Below are positions 49,143 to 62,471 of a stretch of DNA of 64,000 nt, one piece after another; positions within the stretch are counted from its first letter, which is position 1, and each line of letters starts with the position of its first letter. The position numbers and the translations under genes were made by a program. Source of the DNA: Eledone cirrhosa (lineage: Eukaryota). The stretch is taken from NCBI GenBank assembly GCA_964016885.1, contig OZ024763.1, positions 21,142,001 through 21,206,000 on the forward strand, read 5' to 3'. The notes under the pieces were generated by a model that saw only the letters and a list, made by a program, of their open reading frames with translations, ran no database searches and had not been told where the DNA came from.

Positions 49143-50060
49143 TATTGATATTGAACTGATCACCATGTAAAGACTAAGTCATGCCAACCGTCATTGGAGA
49201 TGCTAGGCATGGTCACTAAATGTCTTATGTCTTTCATCAAAAGCCCCAGGATATCCGACTATATAGGCAGTGCCCAAATTTCTACCATCACTAGCACTGC
49301 CAGAATCTTACACGATATATTAAGCCTCTGAGATCAGGGACTGATCTGAGGCCAATTAACATGCTGCACCTAGCAACTGATTGCTAGAGATACCTTACAA
49401 ATAAAGAAACAAATTATTATTATTAATCCTTTGTAACGCTTTTGCTCTGACAGATGTTATACTGACACTATACCAAAAGAACCAAAAGAGTGAGCCATTG
49501 CCAATGGCCAAAGGTCCTTTGGGTCATTCTGTCTCCTTCAACTTTCTAACAGCCTCTTTAGAATTCTTGCTGTTCCTATCAAGGTTGTTTTTCGCAATAA
49601 TCCTATCCTGATGGTAATTACTAGCTTCTCAAGCCATGCATCCAACCTTCTATTAACTGCCCCCAGTGTGCCAACCAATCAGTACCACTTCTACATGTCT
49701 TATTATTAGTAGTATTAACTTTGCCTTTCATCCTTACGGGGTCGATAAAATAAAGTACCAGTAATGCACTGGGATAATTGCTGGCCTTGTGCCAAAAGTA
49801 GAAACAATTATTATTATCATGTCCTTCCTCAGGATTGATCCTAAATCCTGGTTTAGTTAAGATAGCAGACCACATCCAGTGGTCTTAGGTACCATGACAT
49901 TGATTCCTTCTTTACATTTTGTATATAATACCTTTCATATTATACCAGCCATTCCGAGAAAACAGGATTTCTGTAACATTTCTGCTATAAGATTCAATTT
50001 TAGTCTTTTTTTTATCAATCCATCTGGAGACTTTTCCTTTGTTTCCATTTTTTTGTTACA
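49143..50060. mobile_element. Three more diverged R4/Dong-like 3' fragments (49143-49345 +, 49470-49700 -, 49830-50060 -) and a SINE B tail
   Basis: STARILHDILSL-stop; LGAVNRRLDAWLEKL...LIGTARILKRLLES-stop; EMLQKSCFLGMAGII. Confidence 0.65.
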
Positions 50061-50361
50061 TCTTTTGTTTTTGTTTCCTTTCTTTTACAATCAGAAACCC
50101 ATATTTGTACCATCCTGTACCGTCCTTAATGTATTTTTTGTGAACTTCCGGGTAAATGCTGCCACAATTACAAGTAAAAGTAAAATATCTGAAAATGTCA
50201 TTTCTACGCCATCTTAAATATACACACGTAACTGAGATCACTTGGTTAGTGAAAGAAGGAAATGTTAATTTATATGAAATCTATAATCCTGCTTTCTATC
50301 AAAAAGCTTGAATATCTTTAAATAACTGCTGTTAAGTAATATTGACTAAGAAATTTTTTTT

Positions 50362-50808
50362 TTTGTGACATGGTAAAAAACGCCCAGCCCACACTGTAAA
50401 TTGGTTGTGTTGCTGACACAACAGAAAGTCCCCAGTCCACACTGTAAAGTGGTCATGTAGGTGTCACGACAAAAAGTCCCCAGTGCACACTGTAAAGTGG
50501 CAGTGTAGGTGTCACAACGAAAAGCATCCAGTCCTCACTGTAAAGTGGTCATGTAGGTGTCACAACAAAAATTGCCCAGTCCTCACTGTAAAGTGGTCGG
50601 GTAGGTGTCATGACAAAAAGCACCCAGTACTCACTGTAAATGTGGTTTGCATTAGGAAGGACATCCAGCTTTAGAAACCAAGCCAAAAGCAGTCCTGTAT
50701 CAGCAAGACATTGTCACCTGACCTAGCATTGCCCACAACAGGACAACTCGTGTAATCCATGCCAGCTTGGAAAAATGGATATAAAACTGTGATGATGATG
50801 ATGATGAT
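50362..50808 (+). mobile_element. RTE-tailed SINE with ~6 tandem internal ~49-bp modules
   Basis: cccagtccacactgtaaagtggtcatgtaggtgtcacgacaaaaag repeated; (gat)n tail; flanked by ~126-133-bp direct repeats. Confidence 0.8.
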
Positions 50809-52069
50809 GTAACTGAGATCACGTGATTAGTGAAAGAAGTAAATGTAAATTTATATCAAATCTATAATCCTGCTTTATTCTATCAAAACCTGAGCTTGAA
50901 TATCTTTAAAGAACTGCTGCTTAGCAACATTGACTACGAAACTTATGGCTTCAAAGAAGGAATATAATTGATTTACAGTTCCATTCTCTATTTTCTCTCT
51001 TTGAGCTCATGTCAATAACTCCTTGTTCTTATAGAAATGAAGCACTACATCACACATACATGATACACAACATTATTAGCATCAGGCATTTCAAGTTACT
51101 GAAGACTGGGTGTTTGAATTTACTTGTTTATTGTTCTTGCATTATTCTGTAGAGAGTGTTGGTGTTGGATTGGTAGAATCGATAGATCATCAGACAAGTG
51201 CTCAGTAGTAATGCTTAACAGTATTTGTTCCAAATCTTTACTTTCTAACTTTAAATTTCATTAATAAAGTACCTGTAGACGATTAATTCGACTTTCCTCT
51301 CCCCCAAAATTGTTGGCCTTGTGCCTAAATCAAAAACCCTTACTATCATCAGCCCTTTCAAGTCACTGAAGACTGGGTGTTTGAATATCCCATTGAGGTT
51401 AACTTTGTCTTTCATTCTTATGGGGGTTGATAAATAAAGTACCAGTAATGTTTTAGGGTTGATTAATTCAACTTTCCTCTACCCCAAAATTGTTGGCCTT
51501 GTGCCTAAATCAAAAACCATTATTATCATCAGTCCTTTCAAGTCACTGAAGACTGGGTGTTTGAATTTAGTTGTTCATTACTGTAGAGGGTGGCGGTGGA
51601 TTGGTAGAATCGATAGAGCATCAGACAAACACTATGCTTAACAGTATTTGTTCCAAGTCTTTTATTTTCGTTATCATTTTATGTTCATTGTTCCACGCTT
51701 GCATAGGTTGGTCAGGTCATTTTCAGCACAGTATTTCTCCACTTGTTGTGTTCCTTTGTCATCTCCTCCATGAACTTTAGCGATCTGAGATCAGCTCTCA
51801 CCACTTCCATCCAGTTCTTCTTTTGTCTTCTTCTACTTAATAAAAAAAAGTTCCAGTCTAGTACTGAGGTCGATTTTTCCTCTATATCTTTCTCACTTCC
51901 TTTCTCTCACTCTCTATCCTTCTCTGGAAGAAATCTGCTGTACTCAGATCTAGAGAGGGATAAGACTCCACCAGGCTTAAGATACCTTAGAAACGCTGTA
52001 AGCCAAAATGGTACCCCTACAACTCAATCAGGAGTTATGGGACCATACCATACCATACTACCGTATTGA

Positions 52070-52690
52070 AGTACTTTAGTGTGAGGCAAAAAGTTCACTT
52101 CATAAAAAAAAGTATCAGTCTAATACTGGGGTCGATTCTTCCTCTATCTTTCTTTCTCATTGCCTCTCTCTCACTCGCTCTCCTTCTCTGGGAGAAATCT
52201 GTTGTACTCAGACCTGGAGAGGGATGGGATTTGCCAGCTTTAAAAAAAACAAACAATGCCCTGGTAACACTGTATGTCAATACGGTGTCCTACACCCCAC
52301 CAGGAGTTACGAGACCATACCATACCATACAATACTTTTGCTATCTCCTCCATTTTTTAAATTCCAATCTTCCAGGTAATATAAGACTGAAGGAGAAAAA
52401 AAATACCAGTGTAATACTGGGGTAGATTCTTCCTCTATCTCTCTTTCTCATTTCTTGTCTCTCACTTCTGTGGGAGAAATCTGCTGTACTCTGACCTGGA
52501 GAAGGATGGGATCTGCCAGGTTTTAAAATAACAAACAATGCCCTAGTAACACTGTATGTCAATACGGCGCCCTTTACAACTACATCAGGAGTTACGGGAA
52601 CATACCATACCATACAATACAATACTTTTGCTATCTCCTCCATTTCTTTAATTCCAATCTTCCAGGTAATATAAGACTGAAGGAGAAGAA
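52070..52690. repeat. About 290-bp tandem duplication of the composite SINE B/unclassified unit
   Basis: 52110-52395 is repeated at 52400-52690. Confidence 0.8.
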
Positions 52691-53077
52691 GAAGAAGGAG
52701 GAGATATTTATGAAAATTTATTGACTGTATTTTGGCATTTTTACTAAAAGTGCTCATTATTAAAATATTAAGATATATGCAAGATTTATATGAAACTAAG
52801 TTTGACTTAAGAATATATAATAATGGTGGTGTGGGTGGGTGATGGTGGCGGCGGTGGGTGATCTTTTTGACCTCGGTATTTTTGACCTTAAGTATGATTA
52901 CAAGTTCTTTAAAAATAGCCCCACTTAAAGATTTATAGCCAGGTTATTGTCAGTTTCTTTTTGAATTATTCAGTTTTCCTTCACTTAAAAACTTCACCAT
53001 TACTAAGTAGCCATGTTTATTGGTTGGACCCCCGTTGGTGTCCTGCCAACTGATTCATTCATAAATTGACTTTAGAA

Positions 53078-53375
53078 ACATCATCATCATCATCATCAAA
53101 ATCATTGTTGTCATCATTATTATCAAAATCATCTTTTTCATTGTCATCATCATCATCATCATCACCACCACCGTGATCATTATTGTCATCATCATCATCA
53201 TCATCATCATCACTGTCATCATCATTGTCATTACCGTCATCGTTGTTGTCATCATCATAATAACTGCCATCATTGTCATCATCATCATCACCATCATTCT
53301 CTTCATTACCATCATTCTCTTCATCATCGCCATTGTTATCATCATCATCATCTTTGTCATCATCATCATCGTCGT
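53078..53375. repeat. (CAT)n-rich tract
   Basis: Direct inspection. Confidence 0.9.
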
Positions 53376-53519
53376 TTTAATGTCAACTTTTCTATGCTGC
53401 CATGACATGGGTTGGTTGGACTTTTTCCCAGATGTTTTACTGAAGGATGCTCTCCTCGATACTAACCCTTTTAGTTATTTCACATGACATGCACAGATAT
53501 CGCGTACCTATCATAAATC

Positions 53520-54372
53520 ATTATTGATGTGCAAAAACCAATGAACACTTAACTTGTCAAGGTTGGCTTTAGGAAGGGCATCCAGCCATAGAGTATTGCC
53601 TGAGAAACTCTCCTAACTGGCCATGCAAGAGTGGGAACAGTAGATATATGAATGATGATGACAATGGTGATGATGATGACAGTTATTTATTCAAATACAA
53701 CCAATAGGGTTTGAAATTTTCTAATGAAATGGTGACAGTAACTTTAGGCCTGTAGTGGCGGCCTTTATGAAAATCTTTATGAAAACCTTACAGAACTCCA
53801 TTGGTTGTATTTTGAGGTGAGTGTTAGGTTGAGAGAAGAAAAAAGTGTCCATTACTTGGCGGTTTGATATACAAAGACCAACCAATACCTTACTTAAAAA
53901 ATCCATTGAAGGGTTGGCTTTAGGAATGACATCCAAACATAGAAGTTTACCTCAGAAGAAACTCTCTTAACTAGTCATGCAAGAGTGTGAACAGCAGGTA
54001 TAAGAATGATAATGATGATGATGATGATAATTGTTTCTACTTTTAGCACAAGGCCAGGAACTATCCCAGTGTATTACTGGTACTTTATTTTCTCGAGGCA
54101 AAGTTAACCTCGGCGGGATTTGAACTCAGACCATAAAGGGCCGTAACTCTTTTCTGCAAAGCATGGCCTCAGACCCTCTACCGATACTGCCAATCCACCA
54201 AATGAAAGTCATTTATTCAAATACAACCAACAGGGTTTGATATTTTCTAATGAAATGCTGACAGCGTTTCTTTTGACATGTAGTGGAGGCCTTTATTAAA
54301 ATCTTTATTAAAACCTTACAGACTCTGTTGGTTGTATTTCAAGGAGAGTGTTAAGTTGAAAGAAGAAAAAAA
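53520..54372. repeat. Tandem duplication of SINE tail plus ~170-bp unique segment, with SINE B inserted at 54028-54200
   Basis: atttattcaaatacaaccaa...agaagaaaaaag at ~53685 and ~54211. Confidence 0.75.
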
Positions 54373-55619
54373 GAGTATGTATGTAAATAAAGATGGAAAA
54401 AGACAAAAATAAAAATGCAAAACAATGAAAGAAAGTAATAAAGAAAAGAAAAAGGAAAGGAATGAATAATTAAAGACTGTCTATGTGTGATTAATGAAGG
54501 GAATCATTAGCTGAGATGTAGACAGTAAAAATCCATGGTGAGAGAAAGTTTCGCTTGCTATGGTGGTAATCTGAGCCACATTAAATAGTAAATGAATTCT
54601 GATTGTTTGACAAATTACTGAGTTGTATATAACACAGTAACTCTCCTGTGGGGGTGGGGCAGACGGACACACAGACATATAACATAGCAACTAGCAGCTA
54701 TCGTTGGGGGGTGGGGGGGTGGGGGGGCAGAGAGAGAGAGAGAGGCACAGAGAGAGACAGATAGACACAGAGATACATATAATACAGCAACTATCGGCTA
54801 TCGTTGGGGGTGGTCGAGAAAACAGAGAGAGAGACAGCAGAGAGATAACACAGCACCTATCCTGGGGGGGGGGGGGCGGAGAAAACAGAGACAGGATAGA
54901 GATAGAGATAGATAGAGACAGATACACAGAGACAGACAGACACAGACACAGAGACACATATAATACAGCAGCTATCTGTGGGGGTGGGGTTGGAGACACA
55001 CCGACACACACCTCTGGGTGTGTGGGGGAACAGACATACACACACACAACATATAACACATGGGTGGGGGAGAAAAACAGAGAACACACACACACACAGG
55101 TGCGCGCACACACACACATACAACAACTCCCCTTTGTGGGCAGAAAGAAAAAAACAAACAAACAAAAAAAACAACAAAAAAAACAACAAAAAAAATAATC
55201 ACAAAAAAAAAACAGAACACATACACGCATACACAGATACACACACAGGTACACGCACTCCTGTTCCCCCCCACACACATGGACTCACACATAGACACTC
55301 ACACATATAGACATACAGAGACACAGACAAAGGTTCTTGTATTTCTTCAATTATTCATTGTTCTTGCTGCAGGTCAAGTTTCAAGTTTTTGGTTCTTCTT
55401 AAATTCTTGGCCTATCTTTGTGTTTATTGCTCACATGTAACACCACCCCACCCTTACCCTACCAAAACAACAACAACAAAATCAGTGGCAATGTTTTTGT
55501 TTTAGCGCTTATACTTAATTACTTATACAGTGTTGTAAAAAATATGTTGACAGTTTTATCGAGAAGGTTTTTTTTTTTTTCAATAGGAAAAACAAAGTTT
55601 TTCTTAATTGTAATGTTTG

Positions 55620-55830
55620 ATCATTAAAGCTCCGACGTCTGGCAACTGACTTGGTAGACACCCATACAATTATTAACCGTCTTGCCAACAACAGCCATGA
55701 GCACATTTTTGAATTCCATGTCTCTAACACATATGAACATGCTTACAAAGTGAGAAAACAGCACAGCTGCCGTGACTTTCGGAAACATTATTCCATGCTC
55801 AGAGTTGCTGAAGCATGGAGCAAACTACCT
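55620..55830 (+). mobile_element. CR1-clade LINE 3' ORF fragment
   Basis: LKLRRLATDLVDTHTII...HAYKVRKQHSCRDFRKHYSMLRVAEAWSKLP matches the RR...DL...RK.F.S.RV...WN.LP terminus. Confidence 0.8.
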
Positions 55831-56175
55831 GGGTTAAAGACATAGACAGAGTCTTTCATTAGAAATATAGTAATGAAAGGGTTAAAGACATAGACAGAGT
55901 CTTTCATTAGAAATATGGTAATGAAAGGGTTAAAGACATAGACAGTGTCTTTCATTAGAGATATGGTAATGGAAGGGTTAATGACATAGACAGTGTCTTT
56001 CATTAGAAATATAGAAATGAAAGGGTTAAAGACATAGGTAGTGTCTTTCATTAGAAATATGGTAATGAAAGAGTTAAAGACATAGACAGTGTCTTTCATT
56101 ATAATTATGGTAATGAAAGGGTTAAAGACATAGGTAGAGTCTTTCATTAGAAATATGGTAATGAAAGGATTAAAT
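55831..56175. repeat. 48-bp minisatellite x7
   Basis: Unit gggttaaagacatagacagagtctttcattagaaatatggtaatgaaa. Confidence 0.95.
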
Positions 56176-56429
56176 TACCAGAGGTTTAATTAAAATTGGG
56201 TCTGGAATATCACTGGCTCCTGTGGAATTTTAACAGTGCAAAATGTAAAATATCAAAATTTACCAGAAATGACATCTAACTTGTTATCTATTTTGTCATC
56301 TCCACAAATGAAATAAGGATGCTGAGAATGTTAAGTGAAATAATTAATTCTGGTTGTAAATTGAAACCATTTTCTAGATTCAGTTTTGCCGAAGAAACTA
56401 TTACTACTTGATGGTTGTGACATAAATAA

Positions 56430-57030
56430 GAGTTTCTGATTTAAATACAAGACCAAGACATTTTTGGGCAAGGAGGAGGGAGAAAGTTGATTAATTTGAC
56501 CTTAGTGCATTACTGGTATTTTATTTTATTTACCCCGTAAGGATGAAAGGCAAAGCTAACCCATATTTGAACTCAGAATGTAAAACACTGTAACTATATG
56601 CCACAAAACACGTTGTTTGATGCTATAATGATACTGGATTCTGATTTAGACAAAAGGCCAACAGATTTTTGAGAGAAGGAGAGGGGGAAAGTTGATTAAA
56701 TCGACCCCAGTACGTAACTGGTACCTAATTTTATTGACCCTGTAAGGATGAAAGGCAGCTAACGCCAGTGGGATTCTCACTAATATAATAATAGTTTCTA
56801 CTTTTTTGGCACAAGGCCAGCAATTACCCCAGTGCATTGCTGGTGTTTTATTTTATCGACCCTGTAATGATGAAAGGCAAAGTTAACCTCGGCGGGATTT
56901 CAAGCCAGGACGTAAAGGGTCATAACTCTGCTGCAAAGCATGGTGTCTGACGTTCTACCGATACTGCCAACCCATCGCCCCTTCTCACTAATATAATAAT
57001 GGTTTCTGATTTAGGCACAGGGCCACCAAT
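56430..57030 (-). mobile_element. Cluster of nested SINE B copies
   Basis: Three copies; the 56790-56980 copy is flanked by duplicated ttctcactaatata. Confidence 0.75.
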
Positions 57031-57068
57031 TTTATTTTCTGTAGGTATCAACATATACATGCCTTTAA

Positions 57069-57477
57069 CCCTTTAACATTTAAACCGGCCATATCCGGCC
57101 AGCATACACCCCTCCCCCCTCTTTCAGTTCAAACTAGCTGTAACTGGCCACTCATACTGATGTTAAGGTATTTTTCTCAAAATATATAATATCAAAATCT
57201 CATGAATTCGATATTATGTAAGATAATCATGTAAGGTAAAGCTTCTACTGTGAAAATACAATAGTAAATATAGAGTAATGTAAATGCTAAAGAGTTAAAC
57301 TGACCATATCTGGCCAGAATTCTCTCACTTCATTCTGTTCAAACTGGCTGTAACCAGCCATTCATACTGATGTTAAGGTATTGTTCTCAAAATAAATATT
57401 ATCAAAATCTCATAAATTCGATATTATGTGAGATAATCATGTAAAGAGTACTGTAGAGTACTGTAAATGCTAAAGGG
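57069..57477. mobile_element. Tandem or nested piggyBac-type MITEs
   Basis: Complete copy 57069-57294, then TTAA and a second copy lacking the left terminus, ending TGCTAAAGGG|TTAA. Confidence 0.8.
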
Positions 57478-57885
57478 TTAAAGTATTTGCATGAACAAAT
57501 ATACCTCAGTGTACCACCATCATCCCCTATCTCACCTAAAAGATAAACTTAAAGCTAAATTACACACCAAGTTAAAGATCTGTTTAACAATTGGCATCTG
57601 ATTAGTTGCTTGAGGAAAAAACTGAAAACCAAATCCAAATGTTTTGAAGTTGCAGACGTGAGGATGCTTGTTGGTGCTTGTTTTTAATAGTGATGTTTAG
57701 AAACATATTTTAACATTATATATATATATATACACACACATACATATCGTACATAGATATATGTACACACACTCATATATATACGTATGTATGTATGTAT
57801 ACACTTACATACTTATATATATATATAACAAAATGGCGTAGGACAGAACAAAGGAGAGGCACAAAAACAAAGAAAAGAATCCCGA

Positions 57886-57928
57886 GTCACTGAAGAGGTC
57901 ACAGAATGTGTGACGAAAGAACTTTGAC
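57886..57928 (+). ncRNA. Hammerhead motif, type I, extra nucleotide after the core
   Basis: GTCA-CTGAAGA-G-GTCAC(agaatgt)GTGAC-GAAA-GAAC-TT-TGAC; same architecture and upstream aaaatggcgtag as 29955-29998. Confidence 0.7.
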
Positions 57929-58136
57929 AATATATAAACAACCATCTGGTTGTGGAACCAACCAACCAACCAGAAATTTATAAATTCCTAAATTTATAAA
58001 TTTATTATAATAAATTGAAGTGAAAGCAACTGGTGCGTGTGTTTCTTATTGGCAACATGACCCTCCCAAAGTATAACAATATCGGTTTCAACACACGTTT
58101 TCAGATAAAGAATCTTGCTAAACAAATTCAGAAACG

Positions 58137-58179
<43 letters not shown>

Positions 58180-58762
58180 CTCACATACATAAATATATAT
58201 ATATATATATACACACACACATGCATAAATATATATATATATATACACACACATATATATATATATATACCTACATTTGCTCACAAATATATATTTTATA
58301 TATATATATACATACATATATGTATTTGTATAGCTATATCTATCTCACTCTCTCTCTCTCTATATATATATGTATAAAAAACATGAGAAGAAAGAAGAAT
58401 ACTGCGTGGTTGCACATGGGTTACATATGATAAAATTAGTCCCTCGTCAGTGATTTGCCAACCATCATTGGTATTTCATCGCATTAAAAATCATATACCT
58501 CAGGTTGGTGCGGGCAATAACTAAAAAAAGCTATTGGGACAAGTAAATCGCATAAAGCGAGTGAGACAAGTAAACAACATAGAAGGATAAAAGCAAACCG
58601 AAGATACACACATATATATATATATGTATATACAAAAGTTTTATTTAAAATTGTTGGGTTACAACGAGTAAATATTTTATAACTGATATAAAAGCACTCA
58701 ACAAGTTTTGGAGTAGATTTACGATATTAAACAAATGGAAACTATATTTATAAAACCATATT

Positions 58763-58828
58763 TATTTCATTATATATATTTCAGGGATATCATATTAAAA
58801 ATATGGTATGCCTTCCTCAAACAAAATA
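58763..58828 (-). ncRNA. Decayed third copy of the 24220/24433 hammerhead within repeat 58635-58833
   Basis: Homologous to 24092-24290; core reads TTGAGGA instead of CTGAAGA. Confidence 0.55.
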
Positions 58829-59176
58829 CAATATATATAGATATATAGCTACATGTGTATGTATGTAATCAAATCATGTTTTTATGATATTGTACATATT
58901 GATAATCAGCCAGTCTTTATATTACTTCAATTCATCAGGAGGCTGGAAATGTTACTAAAACCTAACTTGTCACTTTTCTTTCATATTCTTACACCACCTC
59001 TTACCTTTACTCTCTCTCTCTCTCCCTCTCTCTCTTTATTGCTATCTAGCCCTGTCTATTTGTGTCTCTCTCTCTCTCTCTCTCTCTCACTTCTCCATTT
59101 AGCTCTGTCTCTTCTATATCTAACTCTGTCTGTCGAGACCACAGTCTCCCTACTTATCTATCAGTACCCTCTCCCC

Positions 59177-59254
<78 letters not shown>

Positions 59255-59754
59255 GTCATCTCTATTTCTCCACCTTTCTTTCTTTAAGCAAATTTAGAAA
59301 TTGTTTAATGATTTGCATCCAAAACAGTTGAAGTTGAAAAGAAACTGAGATATAATAATAATAATAATAATAATAATTGTTTCTACTTTAGGCCAGCAAT
59401 TACCCAGTGCATTACTGGTACTTTATTTTATCGACCCCGTAAGGATGAAAGGCAATAATAATAATAATAATTTCTTTATTGGCCACAAGGGCTGACATCA
59501 AGAAAAACATTACAGACGGCACAGGACGGTACGATGTGGGTCTTGTGCATGTAAATATTTTTATTATTTATATAAGAAAAGAAAAAAAAAGGACATAGAA
59601 ACATATATATAAACAATAAAAAAAAAAAAAAATAATAATAATAATTTCCGAGTTAGAATGATGTTGGTGATGTTGATGATGATGATGATGGAGATCTCAT
59701 GGGGATGTTGGAAAAGATGTTATATCGGAATTATATACCTACCACATATCCATA

Positions 59755-60740
59755 CAACTATACACCAACACACACATCTACACACACACCTACACACCAA
59801 CACACACTCCAACTCAGAGACCTACACACACATACCCGTACATCTACACACCAACACACACACCAACACACACACACTCACACACACACACACACCAACA
59901 AACACTCCAACTCAGAGACCTACACATGCATACCCATACATCTACACACCAACACACACACACTTACACACACACCAACACACACACACACATCTACACC
60001 AATACACCTACACCAACACATACACCTACACCAACACACACACCAACACACACACCAACACACACACACCAACACCAACACACACACACCAACACACACA
60101 CACCTACACACATACACCTACACACACACACACCAAAACACACACACACCAACACACACACACCTACACACACACCAACACACACACCAACACACACACA
60201 CCAACACACACACCAACACACATACCAACACACACACACACCAACACACACACCAACACACATACCAGCACACACACACCAACACACCTACACCAACACA
60301 TACACACACACCAACACACACACACCAACACACACACACCTACACACACACCTACACACACACACCAACACACACATACCAACACACACATACCAACACA
60401 CACGTACCAACACACACATACCAATACACACATACCAACACACACACACCAACACACACACACCAACACACACACACCTACACACACCAACACACACACA
60501 CCAACACACACACACACCTACACACACATACCAACACACACACACCAATACACACTTACCAACACACACACACACCAACACACACCAATACACCTACGCC
60601 AACACACACACACACACACACACCAATACACCTACACCAACACACACACACCAACACACACATACACCTACACCAACACACACACCAACACACACACACC
60701 AACACACACACACCAACACACACATACACCAACACACACA
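59755..60740. repeat. (CA)n / CCAACACACA compound microsatellite
   Basis: Direct inspection; source of the H/T-rich ORFs. Confidence 0.97.
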
Positions 60741-60896
60741 ATAGCACTGCCTTTCTTTGTATTCTTTTGAACTTTCAATGTTTAGCTTTGCTAGTCATTA
60801 AACATTCTTATTTTCTCTGCTTTTGAAGATGTATGTATTGCCAGGAGTTGAGTTTCTCTTCTATAGTAATACAAACTATTAAAATACAATTATATA

Positions 60897-60944
<48 letters not shown>

Positions 60945-60982
60945 GGAAGTAGTTTCAGATGTTCAAGTCCTTTAATAATAAT

Positions 60983-61056
60983 GCTGTGATATATATTTCA
61001 ATGGCGACACTGGCCACACTGTTCTGTGTGCGAGTGTCGTGACATCATCAGACAGC
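60983..61056 (-). ncRNA. Hammerhead ribozyme, type I (left inverted repeat)
   Basis: Exact reverse complement of 61863-61936. Confidence 0.7.
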
Positions 61057-61862
61057 TTGTTACATAATAAGGTTCATTTTGCATATATGTACTCTGTGTT
61101 TTTGCATTTTTTCTTCTATGTCTGTTTTTCTTTGGTATTGTTCCATGTGATGGAAATTATGACTGTGTACCAGATTGACTAATGCCTTAAATGCTGTAGC
61201 TTACCCTCTGTTCTAATGTATGGCACTGTCGTTAATATGTGGATAGAGTAACTGTGACACTAGAACCCCTCTCAGAACTTCTTTCTAAAACATCTCTCTC
61301 CATATTATTTACTCACTTCAATCTATATTTTTTTTTACTCACCTCAATCCGAATTCTCACTTGAAAAAAATTTCTAACTTTTAATTACTAATTGTTAATT
61401 TTTTAATTGTTTAATTTATAATTTCTGATACTTGATTTAGGACTTTAATTTTTATTTCCAACTCTCACTCTTAACTCACAATGTAAAATCATGATACCTA
61501 GAATTAAGTTTATTTTCCCTTTGAGTTGATGGTCAGTCGTACTGTCCACGCTAGGTGAGAGGTAGTATTATGACCTGTAAAAACTAACACTCTCCCACCC
61601 CCTCTGGCTTTCGACTGACTACCACAGTCGAGATAGGTAGCAGTAAACTATGGTACGGAGAGGGTGAACTGACTAAGGGAATTTCGTTGAAATCTGCGGT
61701 AGCTAATGGTCAACTTCCTTCGGACATGCGCACGTGCAGACCGGTGGGGGTGAATTGGTACTCACAGGGGAACGGGTGATAAACCCAAAAGCACGCATTT
61801 CATCCGTTCCCATGTCGATTCAATTTGGATTGCCTCCAAAACATAACCTTATTATGTAACAA

Positions 61863-61936
61863 GCTGTCTGATGATGTCACGACACTCGCACACAGAACAG
61901 TGTGGCCAGTGTCGCCATTGAAATATATATCACAGC
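61863..61936 (+). ncRNA. Hammerhead ribozyme, type I (right inverted repeat)
   Basis: GCTGT-CTGATGA-helix II (cgacact/agtgtcg and cacac/gtgtg; base of helix imperfect)-GAAA-T-ATAT-A-TC-ACAGC; predicted cleavage after C61931. Confidence 0.7.
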
Positions 61937-62129
61937 ATTTGCACTGGGTAATTGCTGGCCTTGTGCCAAAAGTAGAAACAATTATTATTAAAGGACTTGA
62001 AGATCTGAAACTACTTCGCTTTTCCTTATTCGATATTTACTCCGTCACTCCTATGTGGAAAAAGTACGTTGAGTGCTTGAATTGAATTGCATCAATGTTT
62101 ACCCTAATATATATATAATATATATATAT

Positions 62130-62469
62130 CATCATTTTCATCATTTCCTTTTACGTCCGCTTTTCCCTGCTAGCAAGGGTGGGACGGGAACTGATTCTGG
62201 CTTGATTTCTACAGCTGGATGCCCTTCCTAACACCAACCTCATTTACAGTGAGTGCTGGGTGCTTTTATGCCGTGGCACCTCCACGACCACTTTGCAGTG
62301 GAATGATATGGACCCCTGTCCCTATCATCTCGTTTCTACAGCTGAGTAAACTGGAGCAATGTGAAATAAAGTGTCTTGCTCAAGGAAACAACACATCACC
62401 CGGTCTGAGAATTGAACTCACAACCTTTCGATTGCAAGGCCAATGCTCTAACCACTAAGCCATGTGCCT

Positions 62470-62471
<2 letters not shown>
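62130..62471 (-). mobile_element. SINE family A, full length
   Basis: Nearly identical to 43632-43974. Confidence 0.9.

Larger units (their letters stand above)
60945..62105. mobile_element. (TA)n-flanked element with inverted ~130-bp hammerhead-bearing repeats (Penelope-like / retrozyme-like)
   Basis: 60947-61074 is the reverse complement of 61844-62018 apart from a ~45-bp SINE B tail in the right arm; ~770-bp unique spacer. Confidence 0.65.

Noticed and set aside
58075-58110. Minus-strand CTGAAAA...GAAACCGATA motif
   Set aside because: Neither helix I nor helix II pairs.
59658-60826. Long ORFs of 370-375 aa (also 34582-35334, 1678-2313, 17619-18157)
   Set aside because: They are translations of microsatellites or minisatellites that lack stop codons; no domain content.
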